Source of the DNA: an uncultured delta proteobacterium
GTDB lineage: Bacteria; Desulfobacterota; Binatia; UTPRO1
DNA length: 64,000 nucleotides
NCBI GenBank assembly: GCA_963761995.1
Contig: CAVXIU010000014.1
Coordinates: forward strand, 13,622-77,621
Direction of reading: 5' to 3'
Below, in pieces: positions 10,299-20,691 of the stretch (position 1 is the first letter of the stretch; each line of letters begins with the position of its first letter). The position numbers and the translations under genes are program-made. The notes beneath the pieces were generated by a model, which did no database searches, was not told where the DNA came from, and was given only the letters and a program-made list of their open reading frames with translations.

Positions 10299-10409
10299 GC
10301 CGACAGCGTCATCCGTCGGCGGCTCGCGCGGTATGGCCCTGCCCGGTGTCCGGCGCTCCCCGCTCCATGGGCGATTGCAGGTGCGGGCAGCCGCACTTAG
10401 GCTCGCCCC

Positions 10410-12140
10410 ATGCGCGCCGCATCGCGGCATCCGCCGGGGGTCTGGATCCTCCTCTGGGGGGTGACGATCGCGGCCGAGCTGGGAGCGCTGCTGCCCGCCT
10501 TCGCCGGCTCCGGCCCCGCGCTCCCCGCGTGGGACATCGCGTTCCGCCTCGTCGGCGGATCGTTCGCGGCCTGCGGGCTCATCGCCTGGCGGCGGCGACC
10601 GCAGAACCGGACCGGGCCGCTGATGGTCGCGACGGGGCTGAGCTTCCTCGCCAGGCCGCTGTTCGACCAGTTCGACGCCCCCGTCATGCAGACGCTCGCG
10701 CTGCTGCTGGGGGACATCTGGATCGTGCTGCTGGTCGTGCTGCTGCTGTCGTTCCCCAGCGGCCGCCGGCTGCGGTCCGCGACCGACCGCGCACTCGTGG
10801 GCGCCTTCGCCGTCGCCTACGTCGTCCTGGGCGTCGTCTGGCTGCTGTTCCTCGACGTGCCCGGCAACCTGCTGTCGGCGTTCCCCGATGCCGACGTCGC
10901 CGACGCGATCGACACCGTGCAGCGCGCGCTCGGGTTCTGCGCCTCTGTGGCGACGTTCGCGGTGCTCACGCACCGGTGGCTGGTCGCGACGACGCCACAG
11001 CGGCGCGCGCTGCTGCCGAGCTTCGCCGGCGGGGTGAGCCTGCTGCTGTTCGCTGCACTGCTGGCGAGCGACATCGTGACCGGCGAGCCTCACCCGCTGC
11101 GCGGGCTCACGTGGGCGTGCATCATCGGGTTCCTGCTCACGCCTGCGGCGTTCCTCGCCGGCCTGCTGCAGACCCGGCTCGCCCGCGGCGGCTTCGCGGA
11201 GCTGGTCGTCGAGCTCAGAGGGCTCCGTGGCGGGGCGCTGCAGGCCGCCCTGGCGCGGACGCTGCGCGACCCGACGCTGGTCCTCGCCGGCTGGCTGCCG
11301 GAGTACCAGGCCTACGTCGACGCCGAGGGCCGGGTGGTGTTGCCGCCGGCCCCGGACGGCGACCGCCGCTCCACGCCGATCGAGCGCGACGGCCGCCCGG
11401 TCGCCATGCTCGTCCACGACCGCTCGCTCGACGACGACCCCGAGGCGCTCGAGGCGGTCTGCGCCGCCGCCGCGCTCGCGCTCGAGAACGAGGCGCTGCA
11501 GACCGAGTCGCGCGCACGGCTCAGCGAGCTGCAGGCCTCGCGCGCGCGGATCGTCGAGGCCGGCGACGCTGAGCGGCGGCGGCTCGAGCGCAACCTCCAC
11601 GACGGCGCGCAGCAGCGGCTGGTCGCCGTCGCGATGCAGCTGCGGTTGATCCGCGCGCGCGCAGCCGAGCCGGCCGAGGTCGAGGCGCTCGCAATCAAGG
11701 CGGGCGATGAGCTCGCCTCCTCGCTCGACGAGCTGCGCGAGCTGGCCCGCGGCATCCATCCCGCCGTCCTGGACCACGGGCTCGGCGCGGCGCTCGAGTC
11801 GCTCGCGGCACGCTCGCCGGTGCTCACCTCGCTGACCGTCGACGTGGCTCGTCCGCTGCCCAAGCCGATCGAGCTCGCGACGTACTTCGTGGCGTCGGAG
11901 GCACTCGCCAACGTCGCCAAGTACGCGCAGGCCACCGCGGTCACGCTGCGCGTGGCCCGTAACGGCGCGTCGGTCAGCGTCGAGATCGCCGACAACGGCG
12001 TCGGCGGTGCCGACCCGACACGCGGCTCGGGGCTGCGCGGCCTGGAGGACCGCGTGGCGGCGCTCGACGGGGCGTTGCGCGTGAGCAGCCCGGCCGGCGG
12101 CGGCACGACGGTGACCGCGGAGCTGCCGTGCGCGTCGTGA
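10410..12140 (+). CDS. Membrane sensor histidine kinase (HisKA_3 / NarX type)
   Basis: N-terminal TMs; ERRRLERNLHDGAQQRL H-box; DNGVGG...GSGLRGL...GGGT HATPase. Confidence 0.93.
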   Translation: MRAASRHPPGVWILLWGVTIAAELGALLPAFAGSGPALPAWDIAFRLVGGSFAACGLIAWRRRPQNRTGPLMVATGLSFLARPLFDQFDAPVMQTLALLLGDIWIVLLVVLLLSFPSGRRLRSATDRALVGAFAVAYVVLGVVWLLFLDVPGNLLSAFPDADVADAIDTVQRALGFCASVATFAVLTHRWLVATTPQRRALLPSFAGGVSLLLFAALLASDIVTGEPHPLRGLTWACIIGFLLTPAAFLAGLLQTRLARGGFAELVVELRGLRGGALQAALARTLRDPTLVLAGWLPEYQAYVDAEGRVVLPPAPDGDRRSTPIERDGRPVAMLVHDRSLDDDPEALEAVCAAAALALENEALQTESRARLSELQASRARIVEAGDAERRRLERNLHDGAQQRLVAVAMQLRLIRARAAEPAEVEALAIKAGDELASSLDELRELARGIHPAVLDHGLGAALESLAARSPVLTSLTVDVARPLPKPIELATYFVASEALANVAKYAQATAVTLRVARNGASVSVEIADNGVGGADPTRGSGLRGLEDRVAALDGALRVSSPAGGGTTVTAELPCAS

Positions 12141-12778
12141 TCGCCGACGACAACCTGATCGTCCGCGACGGGCTCGCCGCGCTGCTGCGCGAGGCCAACG
12201 TCGAGGTCACCGCGCAGGTCGGCGCGGTCGACGACCTGCTGCGCGAGGTCGACCGCCACGCGCCGGACGTCGCCATTGTCGACGTCCGCATGCCGCCCAC
12301 GCATACCGACGAAGGCCTCCAGGCGGCGCTCGCGATCCGGGCCCGGCACCCGCGGGTGGGCATCCTGATCCTCTCGCAGTACGTCGAGGTGGGCACCGTC
12401 AACCGCCTGATCGAGCAGGGCGCCGAGGGCCTCGGCTATCTGCTCAAGGACCGTCTCACCGAGCTCGAGGACTTCGTGGCCACGTTGCATCGCGTCGCCG
12501 AGGGCGGCTCGGCGCTCGACCCGAAGGTGCTCGCGACCCTGCTCGAGCGCGTACCCGCGGCGGATCCGCTATCTGCACTCACCCAGCGCGAGCGCGAGGT
12601 GCTGGCGCTGGTCGCCGAGGGCCGGACGAACCGCGGCATCGCCGAGCGGCTGGTGATCAGCGAGGGATCGGTGCAGAAGTACGTGACGGCGATCTTCGCG
12701 AAGCTCGGCCTGCCCGCGGGCGAGGCCGACCACCGCCGCGTCCTCTCGGTGCTCGCCTACCTGCGCGCCGGGCCCTAG
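12128..12778 (+). CDS. NarL/LuxR-family response regulator
   Basis: VVIADD, DVAIVDVRMPP, LTQREREVLALVAEGRTNRGIA. Confidence 0.95.
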   Translation: MRVVIADDNLIVRDGLAALLREANVEVTAQVGAVDDLLREVDRHAPDVAIVDVRMPPTHTDEGLQAALAIRARHPRVGILILSQYVEVGTVNRLIEQGAEGLGYLLKDRLTELEDFVATLHRVAEGGSALDPKVLATLLERVPAADPLSALTQREREVLALVAEGRTNRGIAERLVISEGSVQKYVTAIFAKLGLPAGEADHRRVLSVLAYLRAGP

Positions 12779-12810
12779 TCGGGGAGCGAGCCGCCGCCAG
12801 ACCGGTCCCT

Positions 12811-12840
12811 GGCTGCGGCTCCTCGCACAAAGGGGCACTC
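12811..12840 (+). repeat. Palindromic site #5
   Basis: TCGCACAAAGGGGCACTC at 12823-12840. Confidence 0.85.
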
Positions 12841-12876
12841 GCGCGCGGTCAGCGCCGGAGTGTCGGTGGCAGACGA

Positions 12877-13953
12877 ATGGAGTTACGGTTTGCCGGCATG
12901 CTGCTCAGCTTCCAGATGCTGCCCGAGCAGCCGGCGTCCGAGCTCCTGGATGCGGTTGCGCGCGCGGACGGGCTGGGTTACTACGGGTGCTACAGCGCCG
13001 ACGAGATCTACCACAAGGACGCTTGGCTGCTGTTCGCCGCCGCCGCGCAGCGCACGGAACGGATCAGGCTCGGGCCGTGCGCGGCTCCGGTCTACATGCG
13101 AGAGCCCACCTATGTCGCGCAACTCGCAGCGACGCTCGACGAGTTGAGCGGCGGACGTGCCGAGGTTGTATTCGGGATCGGAAACATTGCGATGCTCGAG
13201 CAATACGGCGTTGAGTGGCGTGGAACCCGGCCGATAGCTCGGTTGCGCGAGGCTCACGAGGTGATGCGGGCGCTTCTCGACGAGGGCTCGATCGACTTCA
13301 AGGGCGACTTCTACAGCTACACCGGCGTGACCACGGCAGCTCGCCCGGTACAGGAACACCTGCCGCTGAAGGTCGGCGCGATGGGCGGTCCCAAGTCGAT
13401 GCAACTGGCGGGCGAGATCGCCGACGGCTTACACACCGCGTGCGCCTATTCGCCCGAGGCGCTGCGCTACGCGGTCGAGCACTTTTCGGCCGGCGCCGAA
13501 CGCGCCGGCCGCAGCATCAACGGCCTCGATCTCGGCGACTCCCTGCTCGGCGCGATCGCGCCGGATGGCGAGGCGGCCCGTCGCGCTGGGCGAACGCTGA
13601 CGGCGTTCTACATCCCGTCTATGCCGCCGGCGCTGCTCGAACGGCACGGAATCGAGCCCGAACGGGTGGCGCCGGTCTCCGAGGCATTCGCCGCCGGGGA
13701 CATCCCGCGCGCGCTCAAGGCCACGCCTCAAGACATCGTCGACCGGATCATGGTCGCCGGCACGCCAGAGGAGTGGGTGAGATGGCTTACGGAGACCTAC
13801 GCCCCCGCGGGCCTCAACCACGCACTGGTCTCGTTTGCGGATCCCTTCACGTTGCGAGCCTGGGCCGGGATTGAAGTGGAAGGCCTGCCCGATCTCGGAG
13901 AACAGGTTCGAATCGTGGGAGAGCAGGTTCTCCCGGAGCTCAGCTCCGTCTAA
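12877..13953 (+). CDS. LLM-class flavin/F420-dependent oxidoreductase
   Basis: Luciferase-like fold motifs: TERIRLG, LAATLDELSGGRAEVVFGIG, LAGEIADG. Confidence 0.9.
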   Translation: MELRFAGMLLSFQMLPEQPASELLDAVARADGLGYYGCYSADEIYHKDAWLLFAAAAQRTERIRLGPCAAPVYMREPTYVAQLAATLDELSGGRAEVVFGIGNIAMLEQYGVEWRGTRPIARLREAHEVMRALLDEGSIDFKGDFYSYTGVTTAARPVQEHLPLKVGAMGGPKSMQLAGEIADGLHTACAYSPEALRYAVEHFSAGAERAGRSINGLDLGDSLLGAIAPDGEAARRAGRTLTAFYIPSMPPALLERHGIEPERVAPVSEAFAAGDIPRALKATPQDIVDRIMVAGTPEEWVRWLTETYAPAGLNHALVSFADPFTLRAWAGIEVEGLPDLGEQVRIVGEQVLPELSSV

Positions 13954-14180
13954 ACCGGAAGCGGGTCCGAAGCAGCACAGCCGCCGGTTCGAATCCACCA
14001 CCCGCAGCGCGCCGACTAGCGCTTGGACGCGTCCCTCATGGCCTACGCGAACAGCGGCTCCAGCTTCACTGCTCCTGATAGCAGAGCGGCCGCCAGGACA
14101 CTTCGGCCACAGCTCCGCGCGACGCGGCTCCCGGTGACGCAGTGGTGCGTTGCCGCCGAGGACGAACGAAAGAGGCGGTC

Positions 14181-14609
14181 ATGGGGTCCACGCAGGCTTC
14201 GAGGAGGGCGATGGTGGTCATCGCCGCAGTGACGAAGTCACCCAAGATGCTCGCGGCCACGGCGGTCGCCGTCATGCTCGCCCTGGCGCTCGGCGCCGCC
14301 CCCTCGCTCGCGCACGGCAAGGACCGCCACATGCCGGACTACGTCTTCGCCGCCACGATCGACTGCGGCCGCGGCCCCGTGGCTGTCGTTTCCGAGCAAG
14401 ACCTCTGGGCGCCGCTGGTGGACCTCGAGCGCCACCGGCAGTACCTGCCGATCGCCTGGGACGTTGCGGTCGATGGCCAACTCGTCTTTCAGGAGGAGAA
14501 GCCCGGCGTGCCGCGCGGCCTCAAGCGTCTGGCGAAGGACTGCACCTACACCGACGGCGTCGCCACCGGCACCGTCACGGTGCTTGGCCCACTCCCCACG
14601 CGACGCTGA
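14181..14609 (+). CDS. Secreted hypothetical protein
   Basis: Hydrophobic signal-like segment ending in SLA-H; two Cys residues; GAGG upstream. Confidence 0.65.
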   Translation: MGSTQASRRAMVVIAAVTKSPKMLAATAVAVMLALALGAAPSLAHGKDRHMPDYVFAATIDCGRGPVAVVSEQDLWAPLVDLERHRQYLPIAWDVAVDGQLVFQEEKPGVPRGLKRLAKDCTYTDGVATGTVTVLGPLPTRR

Positions 14610-14645
14610 AGCCCCCCGCCCAACCCCACCACGCGCAGCCCCGGC

Positions 14646-14675
14646 GCGTCCTGCTTCTCGCGCAAAGCGGCACTC
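14646..14675 (+). repeat. Palindromic site #6
   Basis: GCGTCCTGCTT-CTCGCGCA-AAGCGGCACTC. Confidence 0.9.
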
Positions 14676-14720
14676 TCCTTGGCTCCACGGAGCGGCCTTC
14701 GTCTCGGGGTTGTTCGACTG

Positions 14721-15287
14721 CTAGCTCACCGGTGGGACTGCGCCGGCAGCGTGCCGGCGCCCATAGCCGAGGGCGCGGGCGAGTGGCGCCAGCATGCGGA
14801 CCATCGCTTTCTGCAGGCGCACCGGAGGTTTCTCGAGGTAGAGGAAGCCGGGATTGTCGGCTTGCAGGACCGCGAAGCGGAGCGGCGTCGGCACTCCCGC
14901 GCGGTTGGTTTTCCCGGCCTCGGCGAGCGTGAAGAAGTCCTCGAAGAAGCGCTCGGCGTTGAGTGCTGGCTCGATCGTCACGGTGAGGTGCAGTTCGTCG
15001 TCGCCGATCGCCGTCCACGTGTGGGGAGCGCCGGGTGGGATGACGACGGTCTCGCGGGCGCCATGGTCGCGCTCCTCGTCGCCGAGGCGCACGCGGACGC
15101 GGCCGGAGTGGATGGTGAAGCGCTCGACCTGGTCCGGGTGGATGTGCGCGGCGGCCGGCTTCGTCTTGGGCTCGGCCCACAGCTCCAGCTCGCAGAAGCG
15201 TCCACCCGTCTCGGCTGCGGTGTTGCCGAACGTGACCCGCTCGCCCGTCTTGGGATGGCTCATGGTCTGGCCCGGGTGCGCCATCAT
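14721..15287 (-). CDS. Cupin domain protein
   Basis: AHIHPDQVERFTIHSGRV...VIPPGAPH cupin motifs. Confidence 0.88.
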   Translation of the reverse strand: MMAHPGQTMSHPKTGERVTFGNTAAETGGRFCELELWAEPKTKPAAAHIHPDQVERFTIHSGRVRVRLGDEERDHGARETVVIPPGAPHTWTAIGDDELHLTVTIEPALNAERFFEDFFTLAEAGKTNRAGVPTPLRFAVLQADNPGFLYLEKPPVRLQKAMVRMLAPLARALGYGRRHAAGAVPPVS

Positions 15288-15310
15288 GACCTCCGTTTTC
15301 GATTCGATGG

Positions 15311-15328
15311 TCGAACTATTTGGTTCGA
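15311..15328. promoter_or_regulatory. Candidate MarR operator (TCGAAC-N6-GTTCGA)
   Basis: Perfect 6-bp inverted repeat in the AT-richer gap between the divergent cupin and MarR genes. Confidence 0.55.
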
Positions 15329-15356
15329 TGATCTCACCATCGCTAGCCTGTGTCCA

Positions 15357-15815
15357 GTGCCGGATCGTCGACTCCGACCGGTGGGGACGCCCAACCTGGG
15401 GAACCTTCTGCGTGATCCGGCGTTCTTCATGAACGAGCGGCTGCTCGAGCGCGTCGCCGCCGCCGGCTTCGCAGACATCCGCATCGCCCACACGGCGGTG
15501 TTCCAGCACGTGCTTGACGCGGGCTCGCGAATCACCGAGTTGGCCGAACGCGCGCAGTTGACCAAGCCGACGGTGGTCTACCTCGTCAACGATCTGGAGG
15601 CGATGGGCTATGTCGAGCGGATCCCCGATCCAGACGACGGACGCGCAAAGCTGGTGCGGCTCACCGAGCGCGGCCGGGCGGCGCGCCACGCCGGCCGCGC
15701 GGCGCTCGTCGAGATCGAGACCGAGTGGTCCACAGCGCTCGGCGGGGAGCGGCTCGCGCAGTTGCGCGAGCTGCTACTCGAACTGCGCCTGTTCCTCTGG
15801 CCGCCGGAGTCCTAA
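15357..15815 (+). CDS. MarR-family transcriptional regulator
   Basis: RITELAERAQLTKPTVVYLVNDLEAMGYVERIPDPDDGRAKLVRLTERG. Confidence 0.92.
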   Translation: MPDRRLRPVGTPNLGNLLRDPAFFMNERLLERVAAAGFADIRIAHTAVFQHVLDAGSRITELAERAQLTKPTVVYLVNDLEAMGYVERIPDPDDGRAKLVRLTERGRAARHAGRAALVEIETEWSTALGGERLAQLRELLLELRLFLWPPES

Positions 15816-15856
15816 CGCAGGCAGTTAGCGACCTGCGCCGCGAGCCCGGCCGCGAC

Positions 15857-15886
15857 GACTGTGGCCTGTCGCGCAAAGGAGCACTT
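15857..15886 (+). repeat. Palindromic site #7
   Basis: TCGCGCAAAGGAGCACTT at 15869-15886. Confidence 0.85.
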
Positions 15887-15985
15887 GGTGCGCGCCGCGC
15901 CCGGTGGTAGTGCCGCGGCCCGCGTGTTCGCGCCACGCTGCCGGTGCCCGGCGTGCTCGCAGGCACCGGCGCGTGACATCGAGAA

Positions 15986-16462
15986 CTAGCGGCGGACGCG
16001 CACCCACGTGGGCAGGTACGTAGTGAGCGACTGCGCCTCGGGGAGCTTTGAGTCGGTCACGCAGAACTGCAACCAGGCCACGCCTCGACGCAGGTGTCCG
16101 TACTTGCCCGGTTCGAGCTGATCGACGTAGAACTGCGCCGTGCGCTTGCGGCCGTCGCACACCGCCAGCTCGCGGTGCGAATCCAGCCAGGTGGCGCTGA
16201 CGTGGCCCGCGCCGCTGCCTTCCTTCTTGATGGCGCGATCGCGGCGACCGCTGCGCGACTGCTTCAGCGACACCCACAGGTGATCGCCCGACGAGCACGA
16301 GTAGCGGACGGTCAGGACGGCCTGGTGGCCGCCCTTGCTCATATGAGCCGGGCCGATGGTGCGAGCGAAGCCGATGCCGCCGTCCGGGAGCCCCTGCGCC
16401 GACGCGGCGGAAGGGGCGGCCAGCGCTGCGGCTGCGACAGCCGCGAGAACCCATTTCCTCAC
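15986..16462 (-). CDS. Secreted hypothetical protein
   Basis: GTG start with AAGGAG RBS; signal peptide ending ASA-Q; Cys residues. Confidence 0.7.
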   Translation of the reverse strand: MRKWVLAAVAAAALAAPSAASAQGLPDGGIGFARTIGPAHMSKGGHQAVLTVRYSCSSGDHLWVSLKQSRSGRRDRAIKKEGSGAGHVSATWLDSHRELAVCDGRKRTAQFYVDQLEPGKYGHLRRGVAWLQFCVTDSKLPEAQSLTTYLPTWVRVRR

Positions 16463-16697
16463 GAGAACTCCTTTGTGTCGAGGGGATCCGATACTCCCAT
16501 GCTGCGGGCGAGCGCAAAGGCTCAAGGTCTCAGAGGTGACGCTCTACGAGCGGCTGACGCGCGGCCCGCGACGCGCTGCTCGAGGCGTACCGGTCGTTCG
16601 CGCGCGTGCGTCAATGCGGTTTCGGTCCGTCACGCCGACTCACGATCTAGCCGACGCTGCATCAAGGCACGAAGAGCAGTGAGCGAGAGCTAGCGTC

Positions 16698-16727
16698 GGC
16701 TGCTGCTCCTCGCGCAAAGCAGCACTC
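16698..16727 (+). repeat. Palindromic site #8
   Basis: TGCTGCT-CC-TCGCGCAA-AGCAGCA-CTC; an inverted TTGCGCGAGAGC follows ~25 bp later. Confidence 0.9.
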
Positions 16728-16851
16728 CGGCGCCGACAAAGCCCGACCGTAGGTTGCGCGAGAGCTCCACTGTCGGATTTGATACCCGACGTAGGCGGGA
16801 CCGGCTCGCGGTGTGGGAGTGTCGCGGCACTGAAAACCGAGGAGGTTCGCC

Positions 16852-17457
16852 GTGTCGCGTCTTCGTCCTGTGCTGCTCCTAGCGGCGGTCGCGTTCTGCT
16901 TGATCGCACCTTCAGCTAACGCCGCCCCGACCGGCCTGCTCCTGGGAGATTTGTGGACGACGGTGCTCGAGACGCCGGGCGCCGAGAACCCATTTGTCAC
17001 CGGTGAGGCCGCGTGTGTTGACCTCCGCGGCAACACCGTGGCGCCGTTCACGCCGGACGGGTTCCCTCAGGATTCCACGTGCACCGTGAGGCGCGGCACC
17101 AAGATCTTTGTCGTGGGGAGCACGTACGAGTGCAGCTCGTTCCTTCCTGGGGATCACCTTGGCTTCGGGACCACAGAAGCCGAGTTGCGGGAGTGTGCCC
17201 GCCAGACCGACGCGCAAGTCGCCCCCCAGGTCACCGTTGATGGCCGGTGCGTGACGAGCACTGCGGTCGAGACGCGGCTCCTGAGGATCTACCTGCCCGA
17301 GGACAACGTCTTCGAGGTGACGGGCGCAGATCGCAGAGGGCGATCCGTCGCTCATGCCTGGGTCGTGCTCCTGAAGCGACTGGCGCGCGGTACGCACACG
17401 ATCACGATCGAGATCGACGCGGAAACGACCATCACGACGACGATCATCGTGAAGTAG
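16852..17457 (+). CDS. Secreted hypothetical protein
   Basis: Signal peptide ending ANA-A; GAGGAGG RBS; Cys-containing beta-rich body. Confidence 0.75.
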   Translation: MSRLRPVLLLAAVAFCLIAPSANAAPTGLLLGDLWTTVLETPGAENPFVTGEAACVDLRGNTVAPFTPDGFPQDSTCTVRRGTKIFVVGSTYECSSFLPGDHLGFGTTEAELRECARQTDAQVAPQVTVDGRCVTSTAVETRLLRIYLPEDNVFEVTGADRRGRSVAHAWVVLLKRLARGTHTITIEIDAETTITTTIIVK

Positions 17458-17489
17458 ACAGCTCACCGCGGGTGCTGGTGCGGCGCAGT

Positions 17490-17660
17490 GCGTGCGCTAC
17501 CGGGTCGGATCAGCGATCAAGGCGTCGCCGGCATCGAGCGGGACAAGCTCGAGTTGCACGCTGGAGCCGACGCACTCCTCGTGGTCGGCGACGACAAGCT
17601 CAGCGACACCCGGTGCGCGTCGTGCGGCTCGCTGCTGTTCTCCTTCGTGCGACCTGCCGC
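17490..17660 (+). pseudogene. GFA (glutathione-dependent formaldehyde-activating / CENP-V) family remnant
   Basis: RATGSA(I)K then a frameshift to AGIERDKLEL...DTRCASCGSLLFS; N- and C-termini missing. Confidence 0.6.
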
Positions 17661-17679
17661 AGTCCGACGAGTACGGGGA

Positions 17680-18684
17680 CTAGCTCGCCAAGAGCTCATC
17701 GAGTCGCCGGACGATCGGCCATGCGCCATCGGTTGTGTTGGACAGCACGGTGTAGGTGAGCGACCCATCCGTGTGGTGCAGCGTCCGAAACGACACGCCC
17801 GCGTCATAGCCCTCCAGCATCGCGGCATTGCCGCTCGCGTGGAGCCACATTCCCAGCCCGTAGCCCATCGACTCCGTTGACACCTCGCTTCGGGGCCGCA
17901 CCATCTCGTCGACGTGATCCGACCCGACGATGCGCCCGGAGAACAGCGCCAGCCAGAACGCGCGCATGTCAGCCGCCGTCGAATGAAGACCGCCGTCTCC
18001 GCTGCCCAGCACCGGAAGGTGCAGCACATTCGTCCTGAGGCCATCGGCAGCGAGGTAACCGAGAGCCGCATTCCCGGCCGGCTCGTCCGAGCGCAGAAAC
18101 GTGGTGTCGCGCATGCCGGCCGGCTCGCAGACGCGCTCTCGAACCAGGAGCTCGAAGGGGATGCCGCTTGCTCGCTCGGCGACCAGCGCCAGCACGACGA
18201 AGCCGCTGTTGTTGTACGCAAAGCGCTCGCCTGGCGCGAACACCTGCTCATATCCGCCCAGCACCCGCAGATAGTCCTCGCTGCTCGCCAGCAGGTGGAC
18301 AGGAACCGGCATCACATACTCGGACGGATCCTGGATCACCTCCTCGTCGAAGTAGTCGCCGATGCCGGACCGGTGACTCAGCAGATGCTCGACGGTCACA
18401 CGCTCATCGATCAGCGGCAGGTCGTCTCTCAACAGCGAGCGAGCCGAGGTCGCAAGCTCGAGTTCCCCTGTTTCCACGAGCGTCATCACCGTCGCGGCGG
18501 TGATCCCCTTGGTGCCGCTGGCGATGCCGAACCGCGTGTCGACGCTGTTAGGGACGCCGAGGCCGCGATGCGCCAGGCCATACGCGCCGGCGAACACCGT
18601 CTCGTCAGCTCGGTCAACGCGCGCCACCCCGGAGAAGCCGGTCGACGCGGCGAGCTCGTCGATCGACTCCCCCAAGCCGGACAC
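17680..18684 (-). CDS. Serine hydrolase, beta-lactamase family
   Basis: FGIASGTK (SxxK), LLSHRSG, FAYNNSGF, GDGGLHST. Confidence 0.92.
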   Translation of the reverse strand: MSGLGESIDELAASTGFSGVARVDRADETVFAGAYGLAHRGLGVPNSVDTRFGIASGTKGITAATVMTLVETGELELATSARSLLRDDLPLIDERVTVEHLLSHRSGIGDYFDEEVIQDPSEYVMPVPVHLLASSEDYLRVLGGYEQVFAPGERFAYNNSGFVVLALVAERASGIPFELLVRERVCEPAGMRDTTFLRSDEPAGNAALGYLAADGLRTNVLHLPVLGSGDGGLHSTAADMRAFWLALFSGRIVGSDHVDEMVRPRSEVSTESMGYGLGMWLHASGNAAMLEGYDAGVSFRTLHHTDGSLTYTVLSNTTDGAWPIVRRLDELLAS

Positions 18685-18901
18685 AAGCTGAGTCTACGTT
18701 CGCCACGTCAGCCGTCATATGAGTCGTGGCGCGAGGTCGGAACTCTCCGAACCCGCTCGCGGCCTTCGGCGTGGACCTCTCCGACGGGTAGTACAAGGTC
18801 CAGCCGGCCGTGGCGCCCTTCGGCTAGCTCGTGTGGCGCTGGCGCGAGCGAGAAGCCAGACGGGCGCTCAGCCCGTCAGCTTCCTGCGCCCGCGGAGCGC
18901 G

Positions 18902-19375
18902 TTACCGCGTCGTCGCGAGCGCGACGGCCATGATCGCCGCCGGATTGCCCGGCGGCTGGCCCGGAAGAGGATCGATCACGTCGAATTGCACAAACCCGCG
19001 AGCCAGCCAGAAGGCGCGCGTCGCCTCGTAAGGCGGATAGTCAGCGGACGCGTCGAGCGTCTTGGTTTCGACGATCTGCACACCGTCAGCGCTCAATTCG
19101 TCCAACACGTGGTCGACAAGCCGGGTGCCGAGACCGGCTCCTCGGCGGTCGGGGGCGATTGCAGCCCACAAGATCTCCGCCGCACGCGCGCCGCGGCGCT
19201 CCGCAACGATGAAGCCGACGACGACACCTGCGTCATCGATGACCCAGCCATCGTGCTCGCGCAGCTCACGCCGCACCCTGTCAGGCACGTCCTCGGTAAA
19301 GAAGTCGGGCAGGCCGAGGACGATCGCCACGCACGCGTCGGCATCTTGCGCGGTCGCGGCCCGTACCGAGGCCAT
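18902..19375 (-). CDS. GNAT N-acetyltransferase
   Basis: [10 protein letters not shown] motif A; FWLARGF. Confidence 0.88.
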   Translation of the reverse strand: MASVRAATAQDADACVAIVLGLPDFFTEDVPDRVRRELREHDGWVIDDAGVVVGFIVAERRGARAAEILWAAIAPDRRGAGLGTRLVDHVLDELSADGVQIVETKTLDASADYPPYEATRAFWLARGFVQFDVIDPLPGQPPGNPAAIMAVALATTR

Positions 19376-19514
19376 CGCGTCTCAGCGACTCCGATTGGCC
19401 GTCTGCGCCATGCGCGAAGCAAACCACACGTCGCTTGTCGATTCTCGTGGCTGCGAGCTCGTGGGTGCGTTCGCCGCGGCTAGGGAGCAGCACCTCGCCA
19501 CCGCGTCCTCGCGA

Positions 19515-19544
19515 CTGCCGCGCGTCTCGCCCAACGCGACACTC
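19515..19544 (+). repeat. Palindromic site #9 (compensatory variant)
   Basis: CGCGT-CTCGCCCA-ACGCG-ACACTC; the arms covary relative to the consensus GCTT/AAGC. Confidence 0.7.
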
Positions 19545-19592
19545 GTCGCCGGCAAAAGGGAACGCCCAAGCGGGTCATGTAAGGATTTGGCG

Positions 19593-20525
19593 ATGGGCGA
19601 GTCCACTTCGTTTCGAGCGGCCGTCGTTCAGGCCGCCAGCGTTGGCTTTGACCAGGACAAGACGCTGGCCAAGGCAGAAGCGCTCACTCGTGAGGCTGCC
19701 GGCCAGGGCGCCCAGCTGGTGGTGTTCCCCGAGGCCTTCGTGGGCGGCTACCCGCGTGGGTCAGGCTTCGGTGCCGTCATCGGCGATCGCAGTGAGGAGG
19801 GACGCGAGGAATACCGGCGCTACTGGGACGGCGCGGTCGACGTTCCGGGTCCCGTAGTGGAGGAACTGAGTCGTGTCGCGGCGGAGAGCGGGGTGTTCAT
19901 CGTCATGGGCGTCGTCGAGCGCGCCGGCGGCACCCTGTACTGCACCGTCCTCTTCTTCGACGACGGCGGGGCGTATCTGGGCAAGCATCGCAAGCTGATG
20001 CCGACCGCCTCCGAGCGGCTGGTGTGGGGATTCGGGGACGGCTCGACCATGCCGGTGTTCGACACGTCGCTCGGCCAGTTGGGCGCGGTCATCTGCTGGG
20101 AGAACTACATGCCGCTGCTGCGCATGGCGATGTACGCGAAGGGCATCGAGATCTATTGCGCTCCGACCGCGGACGCGCGCGAGGCGTGGCAGGCGACGGT
20201 CCGGCATATCGCGCTAGAGGGGCGGTGCTTCGTACTGTCCGCCAACCAGTTCGCGCGCCGCAGCGACTACCCGGCGGATCACCCGCTGCCGGACGACGAT
20301 CCGGACGCCGTGATCTGCAGTGGCGGCAGCGTCATCCTCGGTCCGCTCGGCGACGTGCTGGCGGGCCCGCTGACCGAGGGAGAGGGGATCCTGGTGGCGG
20401 ACCTCGACCGAGATCAGATCGTGCGTGGCAAGTTCGACTTCGACGTCGTCGGGCACTACGCCCGACCCGACGTCTTCTCGCTCACGGTCGACGAGTCGCC
20501 GCGCGCACCGGTGCAGCCCAGATAG
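19593..20525 (+). CDS. Nitrilase (carbon-nitrogen hydrolase family)
   Basis: Catalytic triad motifs [23 protein letters not shown]. Confidence 0.95.
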   Translation: MGESTSFRAAVVQAASVGFDQDKTLAKAEALTREAAGQGAQLVVFPEAFVGGYPRGSGFGAVIGDRSEEGREEYRRYWDGAVDVPGPVVEELSRVAAESGVFIVMGVVERAGGTLYCTVLFFDDGGAYLGKHRKLMPTASERLVWGFGDGSTMPVFDTSLGQLGAVICWENYMPLLRMAMYAKGIEIYCAPTADAREAWQATVRHIALEGRCFVLSANQFARRSDYPADHPLPDDDPDAVICSGGSVILGPLGDVLAGPLTEGEGILVADLDRDQIVRGKFDFDVVGHYARPDVFSLTVDESPRAPVQPR

Positions 20526-20563
20526 AGCCCGCCCAAGTCCACCTTCGTCGGCGAGCTACACAC

Positions 20564-20593
20564 CGGTGCTGCTCTTCGCGCAAAGGGGCACTC
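20564..20593 (+). repeat. Palindromic site #10
   Basis: CGGTGCTGCTC-TTCGCGCA-AAGGGGCACTC. Confidence 0.9.
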
Positions 20594-20691
20594 AGCCGTG
20601 CGGCTCGGTCGCGCTCTTCGTTCGCGTTCTTAGCGGTAGGTGCCGCGCCCGGTGCGCTTCGTCGCTTGCGCTCGCCGCGATCGAGCGTGGT

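Noticed and set aside
9558-11777. 739-aa ORF as a single fused protein
   Set aside because: Only the last 246 aa (from 10298) form the ABC ATPase; the rest is antisense to the histidine kinase.
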